DNA of 49,673 nucleotides from a virus. Taxonomy: Duplodnaviria > Caudoviricetes. Of this stretch, positions 9,025 to 17,776 are shown piece after piece. The notes under the pieces were generated by a model that did not search any database, was not told the DNA's origin, and saw only the letters and a program-made list of their open reading frames with translations. Numbering within the stretch: position 1 is the stretch's first letter; each line of letters starts with the position of its first letter. Made by a program: the position numbers and the translations under genes. The stretch covers positions 1-49,673 of IMG/VR virus record IMGVR_UViG_3300017785_008123; one strand, written 5' to 3'.

Positions 9025-9341
9025 GGGGTCACCTCGAACTGCAGCTCGACGAGACGCGCCGTGTGCCCGCCGTCTTCGGCGAAGATGAGCCGAACGGTGG
9101 CCAGGCGAGTGAGACCGCGCAGGAGGGTGGTCGTCGCCCACGAAGCAGCACCGGGGAAGTCGTCCTCCAGCGTGACGACGAAGCGCGGTTGGTACGACTC
9201 CTCCGGCTGAGGGGTGAAGTCGACGTCCTGCACCTGGGTGCGCGACAGGAGCACCTCGCGGGCGGCGGCAAGGATCCGGGGGTCCCAGACCTCGACGTCC
9301 TCGGTCGGGGTCGACAACTCGATGCCGACGGTGACGATCAT
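9021..9341 (-). CDS. Hypothetical protein
   Basis: MIVTVGIEL after GAGG; downstream of promoter motif at 9379-9393. Confidence 0.6.
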   Translation of the reverse strand: MIVTVGIELSTPTEDVEVWDPRILAAAREVLLSRTQVQDVDFTPQPEESYQPRFVVTLEDDFPGAASWATTTLLRGLTRLATVRLIFAEDGGHTARLVELQFEVTP

Positions 9342-9378
9342 AGGTGTGCCTCTCTGGCGATGTCGGTGGACTAACTCT

Positions 9379-9393
9379 GTGAACACCCTACAC
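9379..9393 (-). promoter_or_regulatory. Putative promoter GTGTAGGGTGTTCAC
   Basis: Exact 15-nt copy (inverted) at 19402-19416; intergenic and oriented with the local genes. Confidence 0.65.
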
Positions 9394-9396
9394 GAA

Positions 9397-12015
9397 CTAG
9401 ATACGCGGTGTGAAGGTCTCCGGGTTACAGGTTCGGCACGCCATCCAGAATCCGGACGGGGTGATCTCCTCCGGCCGGTCGCAGTCGGGGCAGAGCCGTG
9501 CCGGCACCTCGACGGTCTGATCGAAGAGGTGAGCGAGCGGGTCCGACCCTGCCGTGGACGGGTAGTTCGGGTAGAGCGGGTAGGTCGGAACCGCCGTGGC
9601 GCTGGAAGAAATCGTAGTCCCTATACGTGTCGTATATGTACTACTAATTTTTCCTCGCGTAGCGGTATTTCTATCTACCCTAACTACCCGGTCTGGAGTA
9701 GCGGACTGCTCACCGTCGGTGTCCGACAGCACCTCGACGACATCGGCCGAGGGCCGGTCGGGGCGGTGGTCGACGACGCACCAGCGGGAGCTGTGACCGG
9801 CGAAGTCCGCCGTCTTCACGAGCTGCAGCCCGTTCATGGTCCGGTTCTTCATCCGGCCGTAGGCGAGCCCCAGTGCCCGGTTGTAGCCGGTGACGGTGTG
9901 GTCCTCCAGCTTCGGCGGGTGCTCCACGGTGCCGATCCGGGCGTCCCGCATCTTGCGGACGACCTCGGGCACGGTGAACTCCCCGCCCTCGCCGAAGACA
10001 CCCATCAGCCACCGCAGGTGGTCCGACCAGAACGACGTCTCGTAGTCGGTCTCGCTCCGCCACTGCACCAGCGAGCCCAGGAAGCCCTCCACGCCGGCGT
10101 GGTCGAGGATGCCGCCCATCATCCCGCCCCACGCCTCGAACGAGCCGAAGCGACGACCGGCCGGGCTCTCGGTCCGCTCCTCATCGGTGAACCAGGCCCG
10201 GATGAGGGTGAGCGCGGCGGCGATCAGCTCGGCCCGGTGGGCGAGCGTCCAGCCCTTGATGTCGGGGTGCCGGTAGCCGGAGATGTCCCGGTCCTGCGGG
10301 TTGGACACCGTGGGCGCCAGCCGAATGCGGTACACCCGGCGGGCCAGGTCACCGTTGACGACGACGTTGTTGCCGAGCGCCACCCAGGTCACCCGGTTCG
10401 GGAACTCGATCATGTTCGAGACGCCGAGGATGCGGTCGGAGTACGTGATGCCGGTGATCGAGCGGGCCAGGTGCCTGCCCTCGATCGTGTGCGCCTCGTC
10501 GAAGATGAGCAGCTCCGCCCCCTGCCGGAACGTCGACGTGATGACCTTGCGGTTCTCGTCGTCCTCGCGCGAGTAGGGGAGCGGCGTGGCGCCGGTGGCG
10601 CCGGTGGCGAAGATGGTCAGCAGGTCGGCGATGAGGTTCTTCCCCACGCCCGGCTGCAGCCCGTCGATGACCGCCATCGGCGCCAGCGGCACCATGCCCC
10701 GGATGAGCGGGGTGAGCATCAGCGCCAGGCAGTTGGCGCGGTCCTCGGGCTCGGGCATCGAGTCGAACAGGTCGCCCAGCCACTCCACGGTCAGCAGCTT
10801 CACCGCCGAGGTGACGTCCTCCTCGGTCGGCTGCTCGGGCACCTGCACGCTGCTCACCGTCTCGTCGAGCGCGAGGTAGGTGGCGCTGGCCTCGTCGTAG
10901 CCCGGGGTCTGGCAGATCGTCCCGTCGAGCCGCACGAACGGCACCCGGCTGATCTTCTCCAGCAGCGCGAACCGGTCGGAGCGGGCGAGCACGGCGTCCC
11001 GGGTGGGTTCGTCCGGCCACGCGGGGGTGGCGTCGCCCTTGGCGCTGATCGAGACGCAGAACGCGGCGTCGGCGACGAGGTCGGCGAAGACGCCCTTGGT
11101 GACCGGCCGGACGGCTGCGGCGTCGGTGCGCTGGGCGAGGATGCCGCCGTAGCTGAAGAGGTGGGTGCCGTCCCACCGGGTCTTCAGGGCGTCGGTGATC
11201 TGGTTGATCACCTCGCGCCGGTCGTCGTTGATCGCGATCATCGGCCGGTCGGGGTCGACGAGGCGCGTCTGCCGCCCGCCGTTGCCGGACTTCTTCGGCG
11301 GTTTCTGCGCGGCCGGCTTCTCCTCGGCCCGCTGCAGCAGCCGGGACAGGTAGGAGCCCCGCTTGTCGATCGGCCGGGCGCCGAGGACGTCGTCGAGACC
11401 GGCCTTCGAGCCGTGGCCGTCGAGGCGGAGGAACTTCACCGAGTGGGCGCCCTCGGCCTCCAGCGCGTCCTGCAGCGCCAGCCCGGCCATGTAGACGTTG
11501 TAGTTGCTGCCGGCGTCGGCATCGAGCCCGACGACGACGTCCCGGCCCTCGACGATGAGCAGGTCGGGCACGGCGACCTGGGTCTCGCCCTTGCGCCAGC
11601 TCCAGCAGCCGGACATGCCGCACACCGACCACCCGCTGTGCGCGTAGATCGCGGCGGCCAGGGACTGCATCGTCCCCTCCTGCACCAGCAGCGGGCCTTC
11701 GGGCAGCATCCGGAGCTGATTCAGGACCATCGAGGAGCCGCGAGGAAAGGCGTACTTGACGGGGTCGCCCTCGTTGTTCGCGATCGGCTCGTCCGGACGG
11801 AACTGGAGCACCTGGCCTTCGAGTGGGGAGTTCCAGGTGAAGAGGAGTCCCGAGCCTGCCGCGTACTTGCTGCCGGTGAACCCGGGCGCCAACTCCAGCA
11901 GATGCTCGGTGTCTCGCACCGATCGCACCCCGAACTTGGCGGCTTCCCCGGCGCTGATGCCGCGAGGCAGCAGGATCTTCTCTTCGTGCTCAGGAAAGAT
12001 GACGACGTCAGCCAT
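9397..12015 (-). CDS. DNA primase-helicase (TOPRIM/DUF3854-like N-terminus, P-loop ATPase)
   Basis: QFRPDEP...VKYAFP, QEG, GLDAD, GLDD; Walker A GLQPGVGKN, Walker B LLIFDE; C-terminal CPDC/CRTC. Confidence 0.85.
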   Translation of the reverse strand: MADVVIFPEHEEKILLPRGISAGEAAKFGVRSVRDTEHLLELAPGFTGSKYAAGSGLLFTWNSPLEGQVLQFRPDEPIANNEGDPVKYAFPRGSSMVLNQLRMLPEGPLLVQEGTMQSLAAAIYAHSGWSVCGMSGCWSWRKGETQVAVPDLLIVEGRDVVVGLDADAGSNYNVYMAGLALQDALEAEGAHSVKFLRLDGHGSKAGLDDVLGARPIDKRGSYLSRLLQRAEEKPAAQKPPKKSGNGGRQTRLVDPDRPMIAINDDRREVINQITDALKTRWDGTHLFSYGGILAQRTDAAAVRPVTKGVFADLVADAAFCVSISAKGDATPAWPDEPTRDAVLARSDRFALLEKISRVPFVRLDGTICQTPGYDEASATYLALDETVSSVQVPEQPTEEDVTSAVKLLTVEWLGDLFDSMPEPEDRANCLALMLTPLIRGMVPLAPMAVIDGLQPGVGKNLIADLLTIFATGATGATPLPYSREDDENRKVITSTFRQGAELLIFDEAHTIEGRHLARSITGITYSDRILGVSNMIEFPNRVTWVALGNNVVVNGDLARRVYRIRLAPTVSNPQDRDISGYRHPDIKGWTLAHRAELIAAALTLIRAWFTDEERTESPAGRRFGSFEAWGGMMGGILDHAGVEGFLGSLVQWRSETDYETSFWSDHLRWLMGVFGEGGEFTVPEVVRKMRDARIGTVEHPPKLEDHTVTGYNRALGLAYGRMKNRTMNGLQLVKTADFAGHSSRWCVVDHRPDRPSADVVEVLSDTDGEQSATPDRVVRVDRNTATRGKISSTYTTRIGTTISSSATAVPTYPLYPNYPSTAGSDPLAHLFDQTVEVPARLCPDCDRPEEITPSGFWMACRTCNPETFTPRI
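9560..9689. repeat. Origin-like AT-rich element flanked by inverted GGGTAG/CTACCC repeats, copy 1
   Basis: GGGTAG x3, AT-rich core, CTACCC x2; colinear with 48099-48219. Confidence 0.7.
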
Positions 12016-12491
12016 CAGATGTGCCTCCAGGTCTTCCGGTGGCCGATGTGCCAGATCGTCTGCTTGGTCACGCCGTAGTCGTCAGCGATCGGCTGGAGCT
12101 GTTCGCCCGCGTCGTACCGATCACGGATGCGGGTTACGTCCTCTGCCGTCAGCTTGTTCCGCATGGTGCCGTGGCGGAAACGGTCGATCGAGTTGTCGCG
12201 CGGGGTCTTCCAGGACAGGTTGGCCGGCGTGTCGTTGAGGGGGTTCCCGTCCTCGTGGGCAGCCTGCATGCCTTCGGGGCGAGGCCCGTGGAATGCCTCG
12301 CACACGACCCACGCGGCGAGCATCGTCTTGCCGCCGATGGAAATCAGGCGCCTACCCCCCTTGCCGACGTATCCCACGACCGGGCCGCCCTCCGGACCGA
12401 GGATGGCCCCGTCGGGGCACACGATGTGACCGGGGTCCGGCAACCAGACCCTCCCCTGGGCAGCGTTCGAGATGAAGTCGATGGTGCTCAC
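12015..12491 (-). CDS. HNH homing endonuclease with C-terminal HTH
   Basis: VCEAFHGPRPEGMQAAHEDGNPLNDTPANLSW; KLTAEDV...IADDYGVT. Confidence 0.9.
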   Translation of the reverse strand: MSTIDFISNAAQGRVWLPDPGHIVCPDGAILGPEGGPVVGYVGKGGRRLISIGGKTMLAAWVVCEAFHGPRPEGMQAAHEDGNPLNDTPANLSWKTPRDNSIDRFRHGTMRNKLTAEDVTRIRDRYDAGEQLQPIADDYGVTKQTIWHIGHRKTWRHI

Positions 12492-12540
12492 ATGGTTCTC
12501 CGTCTGCTATGTTGGAACGGTCCTCTTGTCGGTGGACGCT

Positions 12541-12575
12541 GAACGCCCCGCTCTCTTCGGATGAGCGGGGCGTTC
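12541..12575. terminator. GC-rich hairpin, probable terminator
   Basis: gaacgccccgctc...gagcggggcgttc 13-bp stem. Confidence 0.7.
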
Positions 12576-12599
12576 TGCATTCCCCCCGGTGGTGCTGTG

Positions 12600-12992
12600 C
12601 TAGCCGAGGCCGTAATGAGGCGGCGCCAGCCTGTCCCTGATCTCCGTCAGGCGCGCGGCATAGGCGGAACCGTCGGTCAGGTCCGTCTCGATGAAGCTTC
12701 CGTCGTGGTCGTAGACCGGGTCGACCGTGCACGGCATGTTCTTCGGCCGTCGGACGTACTGCTCGTTGGTCAGGTCCACCAGCTCGTCCTCCGATCGGAT
12801 GGCGGACTCGACACGGTAGCCCGGATCCGCCTCAGCGGCCTCGATGTGCTCGTGCGCGATCTTGTTCAGCTCGTCGAGCGCCGGTGTGCTGGTCAGCTCG
12901 AACTCGGCCAGGGTCTTGCCCCAGCCGATCGAGCAGGAGCAGAGCAGCGCGAAGCCGGAGTTCCATCGCCGCACTGTGATGACGTGGCTCAT
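12600..12992 (-). CDS. Hypothetical protein
   Basis: Coupled ORF after GGAGG. Confidence 0.6.
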   Translation of the reverse strand: MSHVITVRRWNSGFALLCSCSIGWGKTLAEFELTSTPALDELNKIAHEHIEAAEADPGYRVESAIRSEDELVDLTNEQYVRRPKNMPCTVDPVYDHDGSFIETDLTDGSAYAARLTEIRDRLAPPHYGLG

Positions 12993-13192
12993 GACGGCAC
13001 CTCCGTGATGATCTCGATCTTCTCGATCTCGGACCGGAGGTAGTACACCTTGTTGTCGCCGAGCTGCCGATGCTTCTTCAGGCCGGCGGCCGACGCTGCC
13101 CGGTCGAGGGTGTTCGGGTGCACGTTGAGCAGGTGCGCGGCCGAGCGACGGCTGATGAGGTCCTCACGACGGACCTGGGGAGGGATGGTCAT
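12989..13192 (-). CDS. Excisionase/MerR-like HTH protein
   Basis: LISRRSAAHLLNVHPNTLDR...YYLRSEIE. Confidence 0.8.
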   Translation of the reverse strand: MTIPPQVRREDLISRRSAAHLLNVHPNTLDRAASAAGLKKHRQLGDNKVYYLRSEIEKIEIITEVPS

Positions 13193-13317
13193 GTGAGTCC
13201 CACCAAGTTGGAGAGGGCGTCGTCGACCTGATCGACGACGATGCGGTACGCCTTGACGGCGCCGATGACGGTGATGGCCACGGCGAACACGAGCTGCCCG
13301 GCGGCGTACTTCGTCAC
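13189..13317 (-). CDS. Small membrane protein
   Basis: Read manually: VTKYAAGQLVFAVAITVIGAVKAYRIVV; preceded by a coupled 9-codon ORF. Confidence 0.5.
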   Translation of the reverse strand: MTKYAAGQLVFAVAITVIGAVKAYRIVVDQVDDALSNLVGLT

Positions 13318-13379
13318 GGTGAGTGCTCGCGGGTGGGAGTCATGCTGCTGGTCCTTCCTCGCTGTCGGTGATGCGTGCT

Positions 13380-13457
13380 GGTCGAACGTACACCGTCAAG
13401 TGCCGTCGTGTGAAGACTTGTGTTGCGTGGTGATGGTGTGTGTAGACTTTCCGGCCA
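13380..13457. promoter_or_regulatory. Divergent promoter region
   Basis: Strand switch point; GTG-TAGACT a few nt upstream of the ATG at 13458; GTG-TACGTT on the minus strand. Confidence 0.55.
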
Positions 13458-13672
13458 TGACCACCGACACCATCTCCCAGCCCTGCCACCGCTGGCGGGC
13501 CAACGAGGACATCGACTTCGGCAGTGACCAGGGCTATCGAGGTCCCGACTACTGCAAGGCGTGCGGCATCGTCCGCTACCCGCTCAGTGCCCGAGCCCAG
13601 AAGGTCGCCGAGGCCGCGTGCACCGGTTCCACTGCTGGCGCGTCCCAGGCGCTCGCCGAGGTCGTGCTGTGA
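13458..13672 (+). CDS. Hypothetical zinc-binding protein
   Basis: MTTDTISQPCHRW...DYCKACG. Confidence 0.55.
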
Positions 13673-13698
13673 CCTTCCCCGAGGAGAAAGGCGCCTGG

Positions 13699-16335
13699 AT
13701 GACCGCCGTCCTACGTGCTCGCGGATACCAGCAAGAGGCTCTCGACGCCATTGAGCGAGATTTCGCTGAAGGCTGCGTCCGGGTAGCGGTAGTTCTCGCC
13801 ACTGGCCTGGGAAAGACCCATGTGTTCGCGCACGCCATCGCCAAGGCGCATGAACACGGGCTAAAGTCCCTGGTCCTCGTTCATCGCGAGGAACTCGCCC
13901 AGCAGGCGAAGACGAAGATCCATTCGGTGGCTCCGTCACTGTCCATCGGTATCGTGAAAGCAGAACTGAACGAAATCGACGCAGATGTGATCGTGGCCAG
14001 TGTCCAGACTCTTGCCAACCCTCTTCGACGTGAGTCGGTGATGTCGGCTGGTGAAATCGGTTTCGTGGTCTGCGATGAGGCCCACCACTCCGTGAGCCGC
14101 ACATGGATGGAGATCCTCGAAGCGTTTGGCTGCTTCGAGTCCACACCCTGCCTTGGCGTGACGGCCACGATGACGAGGAACGACGGCAAGGGCCTCGGCG
14201 ATGTATGGCAGAAGATCAGCTACGAGAAGGACATCCTCTACGGCATCGACCACGGCTACCTCACCGACGTCCGGGGGCAGCAGGTCACGGTCGACGGGCT
14301 CGACCTGGCCACCATCGCCCGCTCCCGGGGCGACTACCAGGAAGGCCAGCTCGGCGAGGCGATGATCTCCTCCGGCGCGGCCGAGGTCGTCGCGCAGTCC
14401 TACCTGGAGCACGCCAAGGACCGGCAGGGTGTCCTGTTCGCCCCGACCGTTCAGTCCGCCCACGAGTTCGCCGCCGGACTGAACGCCGCCGGCATCGTCA
14501 CCGAGACGATCACCGGCACGATGGGCCGAGAGGAGCGCGAGCTGATCTACAAGCGGTACGAGCACGGCGACGTGCAGGTCCTCTCCAACGTCATGGTGCT
14601 CTGCCTCGACACGGAGACGGAGATCCTGACCGACCAGGGATGGACCCGCTACGACGAGATGACCGAGGCGCACAAGGTCGCCAACTGGAACCAGGGCGCC
14701 GTCCACTTCATCGAGCCGCGAGAGATCGTTGTCCGGGACCGTGGCGAGTACGAGGACATGTACGTCCTGGAGTCCCCGAAGCGCAGCATCCGCGTCACGC
14801 GAGGGCACCGGATGCTCTACCGCACCTATGCCGGCGGTCAGTGGCACAAGGCGCCGGTCGAAGAACTCGCGGGTCGTGCCCTGAAGCTGCCGACGACCGG
14901 CATGGCCGAGCCTGAGCATCCGAGCGACCTGACGCTCGATGAGGCCGCGCTGGTTGGCTTCTGGCTGGGAGACGGTTCCATCAACCGGCCGAGCGGCGGC
15001 ATCGAGTACACGATGTCGCAGTCGAACGCCTACCCCGAGATCATCCGCTGGGTCGACGACCTTCTCGACCGCGTCGGCATCGACTACCGCCGCTACGACA
15101 AGTCGCACTACCCGACTCCACACGTCCGCTGGAGCCTGGCTCGTGGAACCGGCTACGGACCGCAGTCGCGGCGCGGAGTCCAGCGGTTCGAGGGCTTTCT
15201 GGACAAGTCCGGCCCGAGTGCCTTGTCGATGCTCAATGGCAAGCAGTTCGACGCCTTTCTGACCGGTCTCTGGTACGCCGACGGGAACCACGGCGCGGCG
15301 GCTGATGGACGCCCGGAGTCGGGGTTCGCCATCTACGGCGCCACCCTCTCGTTCATGGAGATGGTGCAGGCCGTCGCCACGGTGCGCGGGTGGACCTGTT
15401 CGCTCCGCAAGGAGACAGCCCCTCGCGACACCCTGCACCGGCAGGTCTACCGCCTGTCGTTCAGCCGTCGGCCGCAGCACCACACCACCTCGAAGTTCTC
15501 GATCAGCCGCGAGGAAGCGCCGTGGTCGCCGGAGAAGGTCTGGTGCGTGAAGACCGAGACCCGGAACATCATCACGCGCCGACGAGGATCCGTGACCGTC
15601 ATGGGCAACACCGAGGGCTGGGACGCACCGTGGTGTTCGGCGGCGGTTATCGCCCGCCCGACGCAGTCGGCGTCGCTCTACACGCAGATGGTCGGCCGGG
15701 TGCTCCGCCCGTGGCCGGGCAAGGACGATGCGCTCGTGCTCGACGTCGTCGGCATCGCGGGCCGCCACAAGCTGCAGTCCCTCGTCGACCTCGTGAAGAC
15801 CGAGGTGCAGGACGGCGAGTCCTACGCCGAGGCACGACAGCGGATCGAGGAGGAGATCCGGCAGCGGGTCGACGCCCCGGAGAAGATCAAGGGCGCGGTC
15901 GCGGCGCAGCAGGTCGAGCTGTTCGCCAACAGCCACTCCGTCTGGCTGCAGACCCGGGGCGGGACATGGTTCATCCCGGTCACCTACGGCGTCTTCTTCC
16001 TCTGGCCGGCACTGCAGGAGATGGGCGACCAGCCCGGCACCTTCCGGCTCGGGTACAAGACCTCGAAGCGTGGCGGTCAGCGGGAGAAGGGCTGGATCGA
16101 GACCGGTCTGACCCTGGAGTACGCGATGGCGTGGGGCGAGACCCTGGCCGAGCTGGACGACCCGACGATCTCGCAGAAGGACCGCGAGTGGCGCCGCCGG
16201 AAGCCCTCGGCCGCCCAGATCGACTTCGCCGTGAAGATCCACGCGGCGTCGGCCGAGGACGCGATGATCATGCGGAAGGGCGCGCTGTCCGACGCGATCT
16301 CGATTGCCCTTGCGTCCCGCATGCTCGACATCTAG
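13699..16335 (+). CDS. SF2 DExH helicase (ResIII/UvsW-like) with intein
   Basis: LATGLGKT, DEAHH, TAT, NVMVL/TEGWD, QMVGRVLR. Confidence 0.95.
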   Translation: MTAVLRARGYQQEALDAIERDFAEGCVRVAVVLATGLGKTHVFAHAIAKAHEHGLKSLVLVHREELAQQAKTKIHSVAPSLSIGIVKAELNEIDADVIVASVQTLANPLRRESVMSAGEIGFVVCDEAHHSVSRTWMEILEAFGCFESTPCLGVTATMTRNDGKGLGDVWQKISYEKDILYGIDHGYLTDVRGQQVTVDGLDLATIARSRGDYQEGQLGEAMISSGAAEVVAQSYLEHAKDRQGVLFAPTVQSAHEFAAGLNAAGIVTETITGTMGREERELIYKRYEHGDVQVLSNVMVLCLDTETEILTDQGWTRYDEMTEAHKVANWNQGAVHFIEPREIVVRDRGEYEDMYVLESPKRSIRVTRGHRMLYRTYAGGQWHKAPVEELAGRALKLPTTGMAEPEHPSDLTLDEAALVGFWLGDGSINRPSGGIEYTMSQSNAYPEIIRWVDDLLDRVGIDYRRYDKSHYPTPHVRWSLARGTGYGPQSRRGVQRFEGFLDKSGPSALSMLNGKQFDAFLTGLWYADGNHGAAADGRPESGFAIYGATLSFMEMVQAVATVRGWTCSLRKETAPRDTLHRQVYRLSFSRRPQHHTTSKFSISREEAPWSPEKVWCVKTETRNIITRRRGSVTVMGNTEGWDAPWCSAAVIARPTQSASLYTQMVGRVLRPWPGKDDALVLDVVGIAGRHKLQSLVDLVKTEVQDGESYAEARQRIEEEIRQRVDAPEKIKGAVAAQQVELFANSHSVWLQTRGGTWFIPVTYGVFFLWPALQEMGDQPGTFRLGYKTSKRGGQREKGWIETGLTLEYAMAWGETLAELDDPTISQKDREWRRRKPSAAQIDFAVKIHAASAEDAMIMRKGALSDAISIALASRMLDI
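14602..15609 (+). mobile_element. Class 1 intein (336 aa) with LAGLIDADG endonuclease in helicase motif V
   Basis: CLDTETEILT...VTRGHR...GFWLGDGS...GLWYADG...VWCV...VMGN then Thr; removal restores VLTEGWD. Confidence 0.92.
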
Positions 16336-16374
16336 TGTGAACTTCATTCACCACCGACAACCAAGGAGCACACC

Positions 16375-16809
16375 ATGCGCGCCACCACTCTCGTCCAGGC
16401 TTCGGCCGACATCGTCACCGTCATCTCGCTGAAGACCGGTGACGTCTACAAGCGACTGGAGAAGGGGTACTCGAATGACTACTCCATCCAGCTCGGCATC
16501 GTGCAGGACGTTCTGCACAACGGCGAAGACACCGCCATCACCGCGCTGGAGTTCGCTAGCAGCTACACCGGTGTCGAGCCGAAGATCAAGGTGTTCGGCA
16601 CCGACAGCGACCTCAAGCTGTTTGCCGCCACTCCCGAGGAGATCCGTTCCCACTTCGAGGAGCTGCAGGAGTCGGCCAATCGGGCGATCAAGTTGGCCGA
16701 GGACGATCTGGCCAAGAAGCGCGAGCTGGCGGCCCGCGTCGAGCTGGCCGTTTCGCATGCCACCCAGCAGGCTCTCACCACACCGGCTACGAACGCACTG
16801 GACGTCTGA
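16375..16809 (+). CDS. Hypothetical protein with coiled-coil C-terminus
   Basis: AAGGAG RBS, good codon usage. Confidence 0.75.
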   Translation: MRATTLVQASADIVTVISLKTGDVYKRLEKGYSNDYSIQLGIVQDVLHNGEDTAITALEFASSYTGVEPKIKVFGTDSDLKLFAATPEEIRSHFEELQESANRAIKLAEDDLAKKRELAARVELAVSHATQQALTTPATNALDV

Positions 16810-17024
16810 TGTGGTGGTTCGTGGGCATCGCCCTCATCTGGACGGCGGTTGCCATCCCCGCCGCCGTGGTGCTCGGCAAGATGATCCGTTGCGCCGACCA
16901 GCGAGAGGAGGTCGCTCGTGAGTCTCGCGCATCCGCTCGGCTGGCCGAGGGCGCTGCACCCGCGCCGGACGCCGTGCCGGATCGACGAGAGCAAGGGAAG
17001 CCGGCAGCACCCGTGCTCGACTGA
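16809..17024 (+). CDS. Small membrane protein
   Basis: MWWFVGIALIWTAVAIPAAVVLG, TGATG coupling. Confidence 0.55.
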   Translation: MWWFVGIALIWTAVAIPAAVVLGKMIRCADQREEVARESRASARLAEGAAPAPDAVPDRREQGKPAAPVLD

Positions 17025-17184
17025 GCACCGCGACGTCGTGCAGGGCTACCGAGCCTGGCGCGAGAGCGAGGAGCAGGCGGCCGAGGAGCACACCATCGGC
17101 TACGCCACCGAGACCGAAGACTACTGGCGGGACCGGCAGCGGCCGACGTTCCGCCTCTACCTGGAAGGGCTGCGAGCCACCTAG
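16918..17184 (+). CDS. Hypothetical protein
   Basis: GAGGAGG before GTG; overlaps previous ORF, start uncertain. Confidence 0.5.
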   Translation: MSLAHPLGWPRALHPRRTPCRIDESKGSRQHPCSTEHRDVVQGYRAWRESEEQAAEEHTIGYATETEDYWRDRQRPTFRLYLEGLRAT

Positions 17185-17188
17185 ACCA

Positions 17189-17335
17189 GCGGCGGGGCGT
17201 TCACGGCGAGCGACGAGGGCTTTCGCACTTTCACCTCGTGACGAGCACCGAAGGTCCCTGATCCCGGGACTGCACCAGATGTGCCAGCGTCTGCCCGGGA
17301 TGGCCTCCTACCGAACGGGGTCTGCGCCCCGCCGC
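17189..17335 (+). ncRNA. Putative structured non-coding RNA (multi-stem junction)
   Basis: Perfect 11-bp closing stem GCGGCGGGGCG/CGCCCCGCCGC enclosing ACGAGG/CCTCGT and ATCCCGGG/CCCGGGAT stems; intergenic. Confidence 0.55.
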
Positions 17336-17397
17336 GTACCACTTTCTGTCAGACCCACCTGGCAAGCTTCGCACCACCGACACCCGAGGAGAGCAAC

Positions 17398-17748
17398 ATG
17401 GCGGTCACCGTCCGCACCACCAAGACCGGCGTCGAGCGCGAGCTGGTCGACGAGAAGTACCCGACCGGCGCCTGGACCGACTTCGATCCCCACGGCCACC
17501 TCGTCGTCTACGACGACAAGGACAACGACATCGCAACCATCCACCGCGACCACTGGACCTCGGTCCTGGTCGAGCGACTTGAGCAGAAGATCAAGGTCGA
17601 GCAGCCGAGCGACGAGGACATCAACCGGCTGGCGCAGACCTTCTACGCGGCGTCCGGGATCACGCTGCCCAGCATGACCGACAAGCCGATGACCGTGCGT
17701 GGCTTGCGTGCGGTCTTCGAGCGGCTGGAGCAGGGGATCACGTCGTGA
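17398..17748 (+). CDS. Hypothetical protein
   Basis: GAGGAG RBS then MAVTVRTTK. Confidence 0.7.
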   Translation: MAVTVRTTKTGVERELVDEKYPTGAWTDFDPHGHLVVYDDKDNDIATIHRDHWTSVLVERLEQKIKVEQPSDEDINRLAQTFYAASGITLPSMTDKPMTVRGLRAVFERLEQGITS

Positions 17749-17776
17749 CCACCGAGAAGATCGAGAAGGAGACCCC

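Noticed and set aside
9214-12078. 954-aa plus-strand ORF, and similar long antisense ORFs at 5955-7793, 13936-16347, 23537-25012, 43197-44414 and 45533-47059
   Set aside because: Shadow frames of GC-rich genes with no recognisable motifs, unlike 38325-39071
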